A DNA stretch of 64,000 bases from an uncultured Acidobacteriaceae bacterium (GCA_963752175.1 CAVVXZ010000024.1:58801-122800), one strand, 5' to 3'; positions 9,242 to 18,365 are shown, counted from the stretch's first letter. The notes: generated by a model from the letters alone, not told the origin. Translations and numbers: made by a program.

Positions 9242-9919
9242 GTGAACCTGCCCAACTCCATCACGCTGATCCGGATCTTCAGCATTCCTCTGCTGATGTG
9301 GATCTTATCGAGTGGCCGCTTCAGCAGCGTGACCGGCGAGAAGGAACTGCTGGCGTCGGCGTTATTCGTCGCCGCTTCCATGACCGACGGGATCGACGGC
9401 TACCTCGCCCGCAAACGCGGGCAGGTCACCACCATGGGAATCCTGCTTGACCCGCTGGCTGATAAGCTTCTCATCGCCGCGGCATTCGTTACCCTGGTGC
9501 AGTTCAATCCCATCCTGGTTCCCGCCTGGATTGCCGTGATCGTAATTGGACGCGAGTTTCTTGTCAGCGGCCTCCGTTCCATCGCCGCCTCCGAGGGTTT
9601 CACCATCGAAGCCAGCGATCTCGGCAAATTCAAGATGGTGGTGCAGATCGTCTCGGTGGTTGCTGTCATCCTCGACCACCGCTGGACCGAATGGCCCGTA
9701 TACCGCCAATATTTTTTCCCCATCCACACCATCGCACAGGTCGCGATCTGGTTCATGGTATGTGTCTCGCTGGCATCGGCCGTCGACTACTTTGTCGCCT
9801 TCTGGTCGAAGATCGATCAACGTGTAGTGAAACGCCGTCGTCGCGCCTTCATTCTCAGCCGGCGCAGAAAACCCGTTCCACCGCCCCAAGCCGACCGCGA
9901 TGTCGCTGCCTCGACCTAG
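9242..9919 (+). CDS. pgsA: CDP-diacylglycerol--glycerol-3-phosphate 3-phosphatidyltransferase
   Basis: GTG start. CDP-alcohol phosphatidyltransferase motif DGIDGYLARKRGQVTTMGILLDPLADK. Multi-TM protein. Confidence 0.85.
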   Translation: MNLPNSITLIRIFSIPLLMWILSSGRFSSVTGEKELLASALFVAASMTDGIDGYLARKRGQVTTMGILLDPLADKLLIAAAFVTLVQFNPILVPAWIAVIVIGREFLVSGLRSIAASEGFTIEASDLGKFKMVVQIVSVVAVILDHRWTEWPVYRQYFFPIHTIAQVAIWFMVCVSLASAVDYFVAFWSKIDQRVVKRRRRAFILSRRRKPVPPPQADRDVAAST

Positions 9920-10496
9920 TACCGCAGCTGTGGAGTCTGGCGAGTCCTTGCAGACTGAGTTCTCAAGAGACGAGCGCATTCTGCTGCTTCAATTGGCGCA
10001 CGACTCGATCCTTTCCGCGCTCGAACAGCGAGAGATCTCGCTCAATGCACCGACGCCTCATCTCTCCGAACCCCGCGGCGTGTTCACTTCTCTTTACCTG
10101 CACGGCGAACTACGCGGATGTGTGGGCTACGTCCTTCCCGTAAGCCCCGTGTACCGCGCCGTCGCCGACACCGCGCGCGCCGCCGCCTTCGAAGACATGC
10201 GCTTTCATCCCGTAACCCTGCCGGAAGCGCGCGATCTCGAAATCGAACTTAGCATTCTGTCGCCTCCGCAACCGATTTCCCCAGAAGCTGTTGAGATCGG
10301 CCGCCACGGCCTGCTCATCACCATGGTCGGACATCGCGGCCTGCTGCTGCCGCAAGTCCCCACGGAACACAACTGGGACCGCACGACATTCCTCGACCAA
10401 ACCTGCCGCAAAGCCGGCCTGCCTCCGAATGCCTGGCAACACGGCGCGACCATAGAGGCCTTCACCGCTGAAATTTTCGGGAAAAAACACTCATAA
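9900..10496 (+). CDS. AMMECR1 domain protein
   Basis: 198 aa with the LRGCVGY motif and GLLLPQV. Overlaps the pgsA 3' end by 20 nt, so the true start may be later. Confidence 0.8.
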   Translation: MSLPRPSTAAVESGESLQTEFSRDERILLLQLAHDSILSALEQREISLNAPTPHLSEPRGVFTSLYLHGELRGCVGYVLPVSPVYRAVADTARAAAFEDMRFHPVTLPEARDLEIELSILSPPQPISPEAVEIGRHGLLITMVGHRGLLLPQVPTEHNWDRTTFLDQTCRKAGLPPNAWQHGATIEAFTAEIFGKKHS

Positions 10497-10513
10497 CCGA
10501 ACTGCTTGGCCGC

Positions 10514-10930
10514 TCACACAACGGAGAATAACTGTAGGGGAAGTACCGCAGCGTAATTCGAAAAATCTGGATCAGTGCTGAATATCGGCCAGCCATGATG
10601 AAGGCTAACAGCGCAAATCAGCAAGTCAACTGGCGTGCTGGCGATTCCGGCCTCACGACATTCGTTACTCGCACGCGCCGCTTCTTCATAATCCTCCGTG
10701 CCCAAAACCGTATCGGGGAAGTCCCGCAAGTAGTCCCGCAGTCGGCGGAATTGAGCGTGCTCCCGAAGGCCTGAAAGCAATTCCTGACGGACGGGACCAA
10801 GTATCTGCGCCCTGCCTTCATCGACGATCTCGTGCAAGAGTTCCGTCACCCGGCGTTCGCTCGGTGCCAGATCACCGGCCTTCCGCCGCAAGGCCAAGGA
10901 CCAGACCGGCGTATCGATCAGAATCCTCAT
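10514..10930 (-). CDS. vapC: type II toxin, PIN-domain ribonuclease
   Basis: 138 aa. MRILIDTPVW (first acidic PIN residue) ... IFSTDPDF (C-terminal acidic residue). A 4-nt overlap with the upstream antitoxin gene. Confidence 0.8.
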   Translation of the reverse strand: MRILIDTPVWSLALRRKAGDLAPSERRVTELLHEIVDEGRAQILGPVRQELLSGLREHAQFRRLRDYLRDFPDTVLGTEDYEEAARASNECREAGIASTPVDLLICAVSLHHGWPIFSTDPDFSNYAAVLPLQLFSVV

Positions 10931-11133
10931 ATGCGCTTACGTCGTCGCTCACTTTTGTAATCGTAGGTCGGATCGAAATCAAACGTGCCAAAGGCAGCCA
11001 GGATTCGCCGTTGCTTGTGACGCTGGATATATTCCTGCAGAGCCGTCGTCACGGCTTCCTTCTTGGTCCGGTGCCCACCCGTCTTTCGAGCCTCCTCGAT
11101 CAGTTTGTCATCGATCGCAAGGTTCGTGGCCAC
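10927..11133 (-). CDS. vapB: type II antitoxin (VapB-like, DUF2191-type)
   Basis: ORF 10927-11304 trimmed to the GTG at complement 11131-11133. Product VATNLAIDDKLIEEARKTGGHRTKKEAVTTALQEYIQRHKQRRILAAFGTFDFDP..., 68 aa. The longer ORF would leave only a small gap (about 90 nt shorter) to the upstream META-domain gene, which ends at 11211. Confidence 0.7.
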   Translation of the reverse strand: MATNLAIDDKLIEEARKTGGHRTKKEAVTTALQEYIQRHKQRRILAAFGTFDFDPTYDYKSERRRKRI

Positions 11134-11210
11134 TTCGGAATGTGTAGAACAAGAACGGTCCACCGCTTCCGTGAACCTTATCGCAGAAATCGAATCGGCC
11201 GTGTTTTTCT

Positions 11211-11918
11211 TTACGGTGACGCCGGCTTTTCCGGCGTGGTTCGAGTGAACCGAAGGGGATTGTCGGTGCCCTTGCAGTAAATCAGCAGATACGGATCTTT
11301 CCACTCGAAGCGCTCGGCGGCCTGAAGTTCCTCAAGATATTTCGCCTCTTGATTCATGATTGCCTCAGGACAAGCCATTCGCGTTGAACCCATGGCTCCA
11401 AGCTTGATGGCGTCGCCATGGATCTCCGCTGTACCAAAGAAACGGTTGCACGAGCCGTTGCCCGCCACCTTTCCCGGCTCTGGGAAAGTGAGCGTCGCTC
11501 GCGCATGGTCGACCACACCATTGCCGCTCAGATCCTCTAGTAGCCATTCTGTGTTTGAAAGGCTGAAGGAAACTGGTCCCGCGGCTGCAGCTTTTATGGA
11601 AGAAACGTTGAGAACCGGCTGTTCCCCTGTCTCTACACCTTGTTGATGGGTCAGTGTGCCAGTCGCGGTCACATGCTGGTTTTGCAGTTTCTCAAGTCTT
11701 CCGGTTTTGCCATAACGAACTTGAATCGACGTAACTTGCTTTCCGTCGATCGTGGTTGCCGAATCGAGTTCAAGAGTCCAGCCTGTGGATTCTCCTCCAA
11801 TAGCCATGGCTCGAGTGAGTTTCCCCACAAGGGTGATTGGTTGTTGTGGTGACTGCGCCTGCAAATTAGGGCTCACAAGCGCCAGAATCAGGCTGATACT
11901 GAGTCGCGCGATGCGCAT
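11211..11918 (-). CDS. secreted META-domain (HslJ-like) protein with an extra N-terminal domain
   Basis: Signal peptide MRIARLSISLILALVSPNLQA. The C-terminal half (LSNTEWLLEDLSGNGVV...GNGSCNRFFGTAEIHGDAIKLGAMGSTRMACPEAIMNQEAKYLEEL) matches the META domain pattern. Confidence 0.7.
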   Translation of the reverse strand: MRIARLSISLILALVSPNLQAQSPQQPITLVGKLTRAMAIGGESTGWTLELDSATTIDGKQVTSIQVRYGKTGRLEKLQNQHVTATGTLTHQQGVETGEQPVLNVSSIKAAAAGPVSFSLSNTEWLLEDLSGNGVVDHARATLTFPEPGKVAGNGSCNRFFGTAEIHGDAIKLGAMGSTRMACPEAIMNQEAKYLEELQAAERFEWKDPYLLIYCKGTDNPLRFTRTTPEKPASP

Positions 11919-11997
11919 TTCACGCCTCCTCTGGTCGGCATGATTTTACGCCGTTGCTGACGATCCGAGGATACGGGATACAGCGAATCTCCGGCGC

Positions 11998-12030
11998 AAA
12001 ACAAAACCGGGGACGGTTTCTCGTCCCCGG
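11998..12030 (-). terminator. intrinsic terminator after the 12064-13017 gene
   Basis: The minus strand reads CCGGGGACGAGAAACCGTCCCCGG followed by TTTTGTTTTG, 34 nt past the stop. Confidence 0.8.
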
Positions 12031-12063
12031 CCCTGTGACTGTGTCAACCGCTTCCGTTTAACT

Positions 12064-13017
12064 CTACTGCACCTGATCGGCTTCTACTGCGTCTCCGGAA
12101 TGCACATCTTCCAACGCGAACACGATCATGCCCGTAGCCGTAGTGTTGGTCACACCGATGATCACGATCTCGCCCACCGCTCGACGCGGCAAATCGCGCA
12201 CGTGAATCACGGGACCGTTCCCCTTGGTGAACATCGCAGGATCCACCGAAGGTGTCTTCTTTTGTGTATCCTCAGCAATTGCTGCCTTGAACGACAGAGA
12301 ATCCACCGGATCTTTCAGATCTGCTTCATACGAGCGCGTCGCCCGGAAGAAGTCACCGATCTTCACGCCCTGGTTCGAGCCCACGTTGATGTAAACTTTT
12401 TGCCCAGTCCCCAGTTCAGAATCGAAGTCCTTCCCCATCACGATCCGGCCCGACGTCTTGCTGCTCGACGGCAGGAAGCGATCGAAACGGATCGGGGAAT
12501 GGAATGTCACTGCCTGCTTTTCGGCAAACGGAATCGCCGTATCGCCGGGGTTGATCCCGTCGCACGAGTACTCGATCTGTCCGATCGCCGTCTTGCTGCG
12601 CGTGTCGATAATCTTCACACGGCCGACTTCTTCATACGGCTGGCCGGTTTCTTTCAGCAGTTTCTTCTCCCCCGGATACACTTCATATTCGTTGATATCG
12701 CGCAGCGCGCGCACGATCTCATACTCCGCCCCAGCCGTGTAGCCGGTGCCCTGGAGATAGATCAGGTCGCCACGCGTAAACTTCGTCGTGGTCGGTGTTT
12801 GCAATCCACCCGCGATGAAATTGGCATCTGGCAGGATCTGTTTGCTGATAAATCCGGCGCAATACAAATCGGCGTAGGTAGGCGTTTGAACCCGCAGGGT
12901 CGGGAAGCTATTGGTGGTCGGCGCCGTCCCCTGAGGATCGGCGGGAGCATCGGCAGCACCACTCTGCGCCCAAGCCGCCGTAGCGAGCAACAACACGAAC
13001 AGTCCTGTTTTCTTCAT
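12064..13017 (-). CDS. secreted hypothetical protein
   Basis: 317 aa with signal peptide MKKTGLFVLLLATAAWAQ and GGAGG upstream. Repeated small-barrel-like GD..hy. segments. No family recognised. Confidence 0.6.
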   Translation of the reverse strand: MKKTGLFVLLLATAAWAQSGAADAPADPQGTAPTTNSFPTLRVQTPTYADLYCAGFISKQILPDANFIAGGLQTPTTTKFTRGDLIYLQGTGYTAGAEYEIVRALRDINEYEVYPGEKKLLKETGQPYEEVGRVKIIDTRSKTAIGQIEYSCDGINPGDTAIPFAEKQAVTFHSPIRFDRFLPSSSKTSGRIVMGKDFDSELGTGQKVYINVGSNQGVKIGDFFRATRSYEADLKDPVDSLSFKAAIAEDTQKKTPSVDPAMFTKGNGPVIHVRDLPRRAVGEIVIIGVTNTTATGMIVFALEDVHSGDAVEADQVQ

Positions 13018-13264
13018 GTTACCTCCGGGGAAGGACTCTTTAGTCCCCCGCCCCTAGTTAAATGCCACAAAAGAAAGGCTTCAGCCGGAAGGTAACAAGC
13101 AGGTAAGGGTGGGTCAAGGTTACGAGGGTGTTGGGCACCCTAGGGTAGAAGATTTTGGCTACGACGATGAATCGGTTGTTGCATAAGTAATTAAGGCCCT
13201 GTAATAATTCGCCGTCATTCAGTGTGCGCTCGGAATTGGGCACCTGAGCCCTGAACTTGGAACG

Positions 13265-14824
13265 ATGAATTCCGTTGCCCCTTACGCGCCCCGTCTTCTG
13301 CCCTTGCGATTGCCACGCGTCTGCGTGGCGGTTATCGGCTCCGACCCCAATGAAATGGCTGAAAAGGCCGAGCTTCTGGTTCGGGATAACCCCTTCCTGG
13401 AGTTCAGGTTGGACTACCTTTCCAAACCCGGACTGGCCCTCCCTCGAATCAAGCGCTTCATGGAGACTCACCCCGGAACCATGGTCATCGCCACCTGCCG
13501 CCGGGTGGCCAGCGGAGGAAAGTTTCGCGGTTCCATCGCCTCACAACTGGACGTTCTGGGTAAGGCGGCGGCCTCAGGCTGCCAGCTAATCGACGTTGAA
13601 CTGCAAAGTGCCAGCAAGTGCAAGCCCGAACAACTCCAAAAGCTTCGCACACGCGGCGCGCTGATCCTGTCGTTCCACGACTTTCGAGCGACCAAGAAGC
13701 TGGACGAAACCCTGGAAAAGATGCTCGCCTACCCGGCGGACTTCTACAAGATTGTCAGCACGGCCACCACCCTCGCCGACAACGTGACCATGATCAAGTT
13801 TCTGGCCCGGGAGGGCGACCGGCACTCCCTGGTGGGCATGTGCATGGGCGAGCAAGGCATCATCAGCCGCGTTCTGGGCGTGCGCGCTGGGAGCGTCTTC
13901 ACCTTCGCCTCCGCCATTGCCGGCGAAGAGACAGCCCCTGGACAGGTCACCGCCCAGGAATTGCGCAACGTCTATCGCATCGACCGGGTCGACGTAGCTA
14001 CGCGTGTCTACGGGGTTGTCGGCGATCCCATCGCGCACTCGCTGTCTCCTGCGATCATGAACGCGGCTTTCCGCCGCGAGAACGTGAATGCTGTCTACCT
14101 GGCACTTCACGCCAAGACTCTGAAGGACTTGCTGACCTGCGTGCGCGAGATTCCCATCCACGGCATCAGTGTCACCATGCCGTACAAGGAAGCCATCCTG
14201 CCGCACCTCGACAACACGGACTCCCACACCACCAAGATCGGAGCGTGCAATACGGTGGTCCGGGCCCAAGATGGCAAGCTCTACGGCTTCAACACGGATG
14301 CTTCGGGGATCGTTCGCCCCTTGGAACGCCGGCTAAATACGCTCGAAGGCGCCCGCATCCTCGTGATCGGCGCCGGCGGCGCCGCCCGCGCGGCCGTCTT
14401 TGGCCTCAAGGAACGAGCTTCCGAAGTGTACATTCTGAACCGCACTGCGGCCCCGGCCATGAAACTCGCTCACCAAGCCCGGGCTCGCATCATTAAGCGC
14501 CCCGATCTGAAGAAAATGGCATTCGACGTCATCATCAATGCCACCCCGGTGGGCATGGGCAATACTCGCGAAAGCCCGCTCCAAGAGAACGAGATCAACG
14601 CCCGCTATGTCTTTGATATGATTTACGATCCCCCTGAGACCCGCTTCCTGAAGTTGGGCAAGGAACGGGGTGCACAGATCGTTCCCGGCATCGAAATGTT
14701 CGCCCACCAGGCCGCCCGCCAGTTCGAAATCTGGACCGGCAAACCCGCACCCTGGGATGAGATGCTCCGTGTGGTTCTTCTCGCCCTGCAAGAGCGGACT
14801 AACCGCTCCATGGCCGCCAAATAA
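13265..14824 (+). CDS. bifunctional 3-dehydroquinate dehydratase (type I) / shikimate 5-dehydrogenase fusion
   Basis: The N-terminal half is AroD-like (VCVAVIG...LEFRLDYL...LILSFHDF...YKIV). The C-terminal half is AroE-like (VYGVVGDPIAHSLSPAIMNAAF...GISVTMPYKEA...GACNTVV...GFNTD...VIGAGGAARA). Confidence 0.85.
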   Translation: MNSVAPYAPRLLPLRLPRVCVAVIGSDPNEMAEKAELLVRDNPFLEFRLDYLSKPGLALPRIKRFMETHPGTMVIATCRRVASGGKFRGSIASQLDVLGKAAASGCQLIDVELQSASKCKPEQLQKLRTRGALILSFHDFRATKKLDETLEKMLAYPADFYKIVSTATTLADNVTMIKFLAREGDRHSLVGMCMGEQGIISRVLGVRAGSVFTFASAIAGEETAPGQVTAQELRNVYRIDRVDVATRVYGVVGDPIAHSLSPAIMNAAFRRENVNAVYLALHAKTLKDLLTCVREIPIHGISVTMPYKEAILPHLDNTDSHTTKIGACNTVVRAQDGKLYGFNTDASGIVRPLERRLNTLEGARILVIGAGGAARAAVFGLKERASEVYILNRTAAPAMKLAHQARARIIKRPDLKKMAFDVIINATPVGMGNTRESPLQENEINARYVFDMIYDPPETRFLKLGKERGAQIVPGIEMFAHQAARQFEIWTGKPAPWDEMLRVVLLALQERTNRSMAAK

Positions 14825-15038
14825 GCGCCTTTCGATGCCTCTCACCAAGATTTAGTTGCTTTTTACTACGTGCCCAAAGTAATATGCATGTAGGGAGTGT
14901 GACTGTAAACGCTTCCGGTGTTTTGTTTAGCCCAGTGCCGCCCGTTTCCTTACTTCCAAATCGCTGTACAAGCTTTGGCGAAAAACTCGACGTGAGAGGT
15001 GGCCCGGTCTGCCTCCATCCCGGTTCGGAGAGTTCAAC

Positions 15039-15785
15039 ATGGCGTGGTACGCGTACTGTCTTACCGAGCATCAAACCCTTCCCAATGGAACCCGCACTCG
15101 CCGCCCTTTCCTGCTAGAGGGCGTTCAAGGAGTGAACGGCGCTGCGGTTCTGAGCTATCCCAGTGGTGAATTCGCCGTCATTGTCAGCGAATACGACCAC
15201 TCGATAGGTGAGCTAGACCACAAATCAGCAATTGATCACGCTCGTGTAGTCAGCAACTGCTTTCGCAACTCCACCGTCCTTCCTTTCAAATTCGGCACGA
15301 TTTTCGACAGCGATGACGCCCTTCGCCAGGCCGTCCGGGTCAACCGGCGGGCTTTTGGCCTGAGCGTTGCCAAGCTGCGCGGAAAGTCCGAAATGCACAT
15401 CAAACTGGTCGTTCGCGATGGCTCTCTCCGCGAGGCCATGATCGACATCGAACTGCCCGACACGGTCGGTGGCGACTACCTCTCGAAGCTGAAGGTGAAG
15501 GCCTCCCGTGAGCGTGAGCGCCAGACCAAGGCGCGCGCCCTGTCGGTCCAGGTCCACAAGCTGTTCAACCCGCTCGAGGAAGAAGTCAGCTGCAAAAAGG
15601 TCGCACCCGAGGGCATGTTGATCGACATTGCCCACCTGATCGACTCCAAAAGCGTGGAAAAGTACCAGAACCGCTACACCACCGCCGCCAAGCAGTTGAA
15701 GAACTGCGAAGTGGCAATCAGCGGTCCGTGGCCCCCGTACCACTTCCTGCCGGGCAAGCTGCGCACCGTGGCAGGCAACAGCTAA
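15039..15785 (+). CDS. GvpL/GvpF family protein (gas-vesicle-protein homologue, orphan)
   Basis: 248 aa. AWYAYCL N-terminus, FAVIVSEY, HARVVSNCFRNSTVLPFKFGTIF, KSEMHIKL, a coiled central region and a C-terminal ISGPWPPYHF match the GvpL/F layout from memory. No HMM was run. Confidence 0.6.
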   Translation: MAWYAYCLTEHQTLPNGTRTRRPFLLEGVQGVNGAAVLSYPSGEFAVIVSEYDHSIGELDHKSAIDHARVVSNCFRNSTVLPFKFGTIFDSDDALRQAVRVNRRAFGLSVAKLRGKSEMHIKLVVRDGSLREAMIDIELPDTVGGDYLSKLKVKASRERERQTKARALSVQVHKLFNPLEEEVSCKKVAPEGMLIDIAHLIDSKSVEKYQNRYTTAAKQLKNCEVAISGPWPPYHFLPGKLRTVAGNS

Positions 15786-15812
15786 ATAAGCGAGATCAAA
15801 TCACGTTTACGA

Positions 15813-15850
15813 GAGCGCCGCGACGAACCGTCTCGGCGCTCATTTTCTTC
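15813..15850 (+). terminator. intrinsic terminator after the GvpL/F-like gene
   Basis: Stem GAGCGCCG/CGGCGCTC with a 13-nt loop, then ATTTTCTTCT. Confidence 0.6.
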
Positions 15851-15851
15851 T

Positions 15852-16178
15852 ATGCCTTTGCTGAGGCGTAAGTCGTTGCCGGATCTCTTCGTAATGGCCT
15901 TTTGGCTAATCTCTGGTTTCCTGGCAATGATCAAACAAAATGGGACCACCTGGCTCTTGTTCGCGACCGCAAACCTTTGCCTGTTTGGCTACATGAGTTG
16001 GTGTATTCGCGCAGCAAGAAGACGAGATACGCTGCCTCCAGATCCACCTCTCGGCCGGGGGCCTGACCCTTTTCTCTCGGGCAAGAGCCGTCATCAAACG
16101 TTCACTCTTCATGGGACAGAAAATCGGATCGACCGCGAGGAGACTCGAAATCCACTTGATAATTGTAGAGACCGTTAA
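15852..16178 (+). CDS. hypothetical small membrane protein (uncertain)
   Basis: 108-aa ORF. Two hydrophobic spans (LFVMAFWLISGFLAMI, WLLFATANLCLFGYMSWCI) are followed by a hydrophilic tail. Lies in a lower-GC patch and conflicts with minus-strand ORF 15906-16448. Confidence 0.3.
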   Translation: MPLLRRKSLPDLFVMAFWLISGFLAMIKQNGTTWLLFATANLCLFGYMSWCIRAARRRDTLPPDPPLGRGPDPFLSGKSRHQTFTLHGTENRIDREETRNPLDNCRDR

Positions 16179-16448
16179 ATCCCGAGCCCAAGGGCTGGCC
16201 AATACCCGCCATGGGCTTGGCGTTTGGGGTTGCTCGGTAGTGGCGTGCATTGAATATGCATTCTTCTGCACTTTGAATTCTCCAGGATTTTCCGCGAACC
16301 ACCGCCGCTTCCTCTCTGCCCGCTCATCTAACTCCTTGTTCGTCATTCGGTTATATGGTGGCGTGACGAGAATCACAGAGCTTTCCTGCTTTGGCGTGGC
16401 AAGTGCAGCTGTCATAGGCAATAAAGAGGCCGCAAACTCTAGCAACAT
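15906..16448 (-). CDS. hypothetical protein (uncertain; only the first ~85 codons look protein-like)
   Basis: 180-aa ORF. Signal-like MLLEFAASLLPMTAALA, then TPPYNRMTNKELDERAERKRRWFAENPGEFKVQKNAYSMH. The distal part overlaps ORF 15852-16178, and another minus frame (16102-16302) looks equally plausible. Confidence 0.25.
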   Translation of the reverse strand: MLLEFAASLLPMTAALATPKQESSVILVTPPYNRMTNKELDERAERKRRWFAENPGEFKVQKNAYSMHATTEQPQTPSPWRVLASPWARDLTVSTIIKWISSLLAVDPIFCPMKSERLMTALAREKRVRPPAERWIWRQRISSSCCANTPTHVAKQAKVCGREQEPGGPILFDHCQETRD

Positions 16449-16563
16449 GACCTACACTTTCTTCGATTCTCCGCGTCACTACCCGAACCGTTCCGGCTGC
16501 CGGAACGGAGTTTTGCATCGCCTTTCCTGACATTGCCCACCAAATCGTAGCCTCTTGAAAATG

Positions 16564-16589
16564 TGGCCCCAGTGATGGGGCCATTTTTT
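16564..16589. terminator. bidirectional intrinsic terminator (serves lctP on the minus strand)
   Basis: AAAA-TGTGGCCCC-AGTGAT-GGGGCCA-TTTTTT; stem TGGCCCC/GGGGCCA flanked by A-run and T-run, immediately downstream of the lctP stop at 16596. Confidence 0.8.
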
Positions 16590-16595
16590 ATTGTC

Positions 16596-18365
16596 CTATT
16601 TCACGAAAATCAGCCCATGCGGTACCGCGGAGCGGAACACATACGCATAGAGCAGTACGATGATTCCAACGATCGAACACAGCGCCACCGAGTGCCACGC
16701 CACAAACCGGAAAATGATTCCTTCGTTTCCCACCTGTTCGGTAGCCGACGTGGCAATCGTGATGGACTGTGCGTCGACCATCTTTCCCATCACCCCTCCG
16801 GCGCTGTTGGCGGCGCACATCAGTATCGGGTTGACGCCAAGCTGTTGAGAAGTAATCCTCTGCAGGCTGCCAAAGAGCGCATTGGAGGACGTGTCACTAC
16901 CGGTCAGCGCCACACCCAGCCATCCCAGGAACGTGCCGAAAAACGGATACAACCATCCCGTTCGCGTAAACGCCAGACCCAGCACCGCGTCCAGTCCTGA
17001 GTAGCGCGTCACGTAGCCCAGCCCCAGCATGAAGGAGATCGCAATCATCGCCAGTCGCATGCGCAACAGCGTTCTCCAGAAGATCTTCATCAATTGCAAC
17101 GGGCTCTGGCCAAGCAGCAACCCGGAGACGATCGCAGCCAGGAAACAGGCCGTCCCAGTCGCGGAGAGCCAGTTGAAGTCGTAGCGCGCAGCCTCAGGAG
17201 TCGGTTTCGTGACCACCGGCGCGGCGCGTAAGACCGCATTGTGAAGGATCGGCACGTCCCATCCCGGAGGTCCAGGACGGACTTTTCCATCCGATAACAT
17301 CACCCGAAATGCCGGTGTGGTCGCCTGGTTCATGGCCAGCTTTATCTTTGGCAATCCCCAGAGCAGCACAACCAGCGACAGAACCGCGAACGGCATCCAT
17401 GCCTTCAAGACTTGCCCGGCGGTGTAAGGGCGCACTTTGACGAATCCATCGAACTTCTCCGCCGCCCATTCGCCGCCAACCTGGTCGGTAATCTCCCCTG
17501 TTGGTGGAGGAAGCGCCGGCGCCTTTTCGTCGTAGTCGAAGCGCCAAATCTTCTTCGGCTTCCAGAATCGCAGGAAAATCAGCAGGGAGACAATCGACAC
17601 CACGCCACCCATAATGTCCACCAGATTGCCGTCCACATAATTCGACCAGATGAATTGCGTAAGCGCGAACGAGCCGCCGACCACCAGAATTGCTGGAAAC
17701 ACTTCAAAGGTTTCCCTCCAGCTGACCATGGTTCTCACCAGCCAGAATGGAACGATGATCGCGGCGAAAGGAAGAATGCGGCCGATCATTGCGTTGAGAT
17801 CGGACTCCGGCAAAGCCGTTACCGCAGCCAGCGTGTGCACCGGCGTGCCAATGGCTCCCCAAGCCACCGGCGCGGTGTTCGCGATCAGGTTCAACGCCGC
17901 TGCATGGAAGGGCTTGAAACCAAGCCCGATCATGAAAGCTCCCGCGATGGCGACTGGCGCACCGAAACCCGCCGCTCCCTCGATAAACGCGCCAAAACAA
18001 AAGGCAACCAGCAACACTTGGAGCCGCCGATCCGCCGTGATGCCCGCAACCGACTCCTTCATGATTTCGAACTGCCCAGTCTCGACGGAAATGTCGTAAA
18101 GATACACAGCCGCCAGAACGATCCAGGCAATCTTCAAAACACCGAACGCAACCCCGTATCCAAAGCTCAGGGCGGCAAGCGCTGGGGGCATTTTGAAGAA
18201 GAGGATCGCTACCGCCACGGCCGTTGACGCTCCAGCGATGGCGCACCAGTGTGGCTTCACCTTGAGGCCGGCCAGCAGCCCGAACAGGACCATGATCGGA
18301 AGCGCCGCAACCAGCGTGGACAGCCACCAATGCCCGAGTGGGTCGTACATCTGGGTCCACTGCAT
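16596..18365 (-). CDS. lctP: L-lactate (glycolate) permease
   Basis: 589-aa polytopic protein. MQWTQMYDPLGHWWLSTLVAALP..., GAFIEGAAGFGAPVAI and LIANTAPVAWGAIGTPV are characteristic of the LctP family. Confidence 0.9.
   Translation of the reverse strand: MQWTQMYDPLGHWWLSTLVAALPIMVLFGLLAGLKVKPHWCAIAGASTAVAVAILFFKMPPALAALSFGYGVAFGVLKIAWIVLAAVYLYDISVETGQFEIMKESVAGITADRRLQVLLVAFCFGAFIEGAAGFGAPVAIAGAFMIGLGFKPFHAAALNLIANTAPVAWGAIGTPVHTLAAVTALPESDLNAMIGRILPFAAIIVPFWLVRTMVSWRETFEVFPAILVVGGSFALTQFIWSNYVDGNLVDIMGGVVSIVSLLIFLRFWKPKKIWRFDYDEKAPALPPPTGEITDQVGGEWAAEKFDGFVKVRPYTAGQVLKAWMPFAVLSLVVLLWGLPKIKLAMNQATTPAFRVMLSDGKVRPGPPGWDVPILHNAVLRAAPVVTKPTPEAARYDFNWLSATGTACFLAAIVSGLLLGQSPLQLMKIFWRTLLRMRLAMIAISFMLGLGYVTRYSGLDAVLGLAFTRTGWLYPFFGTFLGWLGVALTGSDTSSNALFGSLQRITSQQLGVNPILMCAANSAGGVMGKMVDAQSITIATSATEQVGNEGIIFRFVAWHSVALCSIVGIIVLLYAYVFRSAVPHGLIFVK

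Noticed and set aside
12100-13095. 331-aa plus-strand ORF
   Set aside because: Antisense to the secreted 317-aa protein, which has a signal peptide, an RBS and a terminator.
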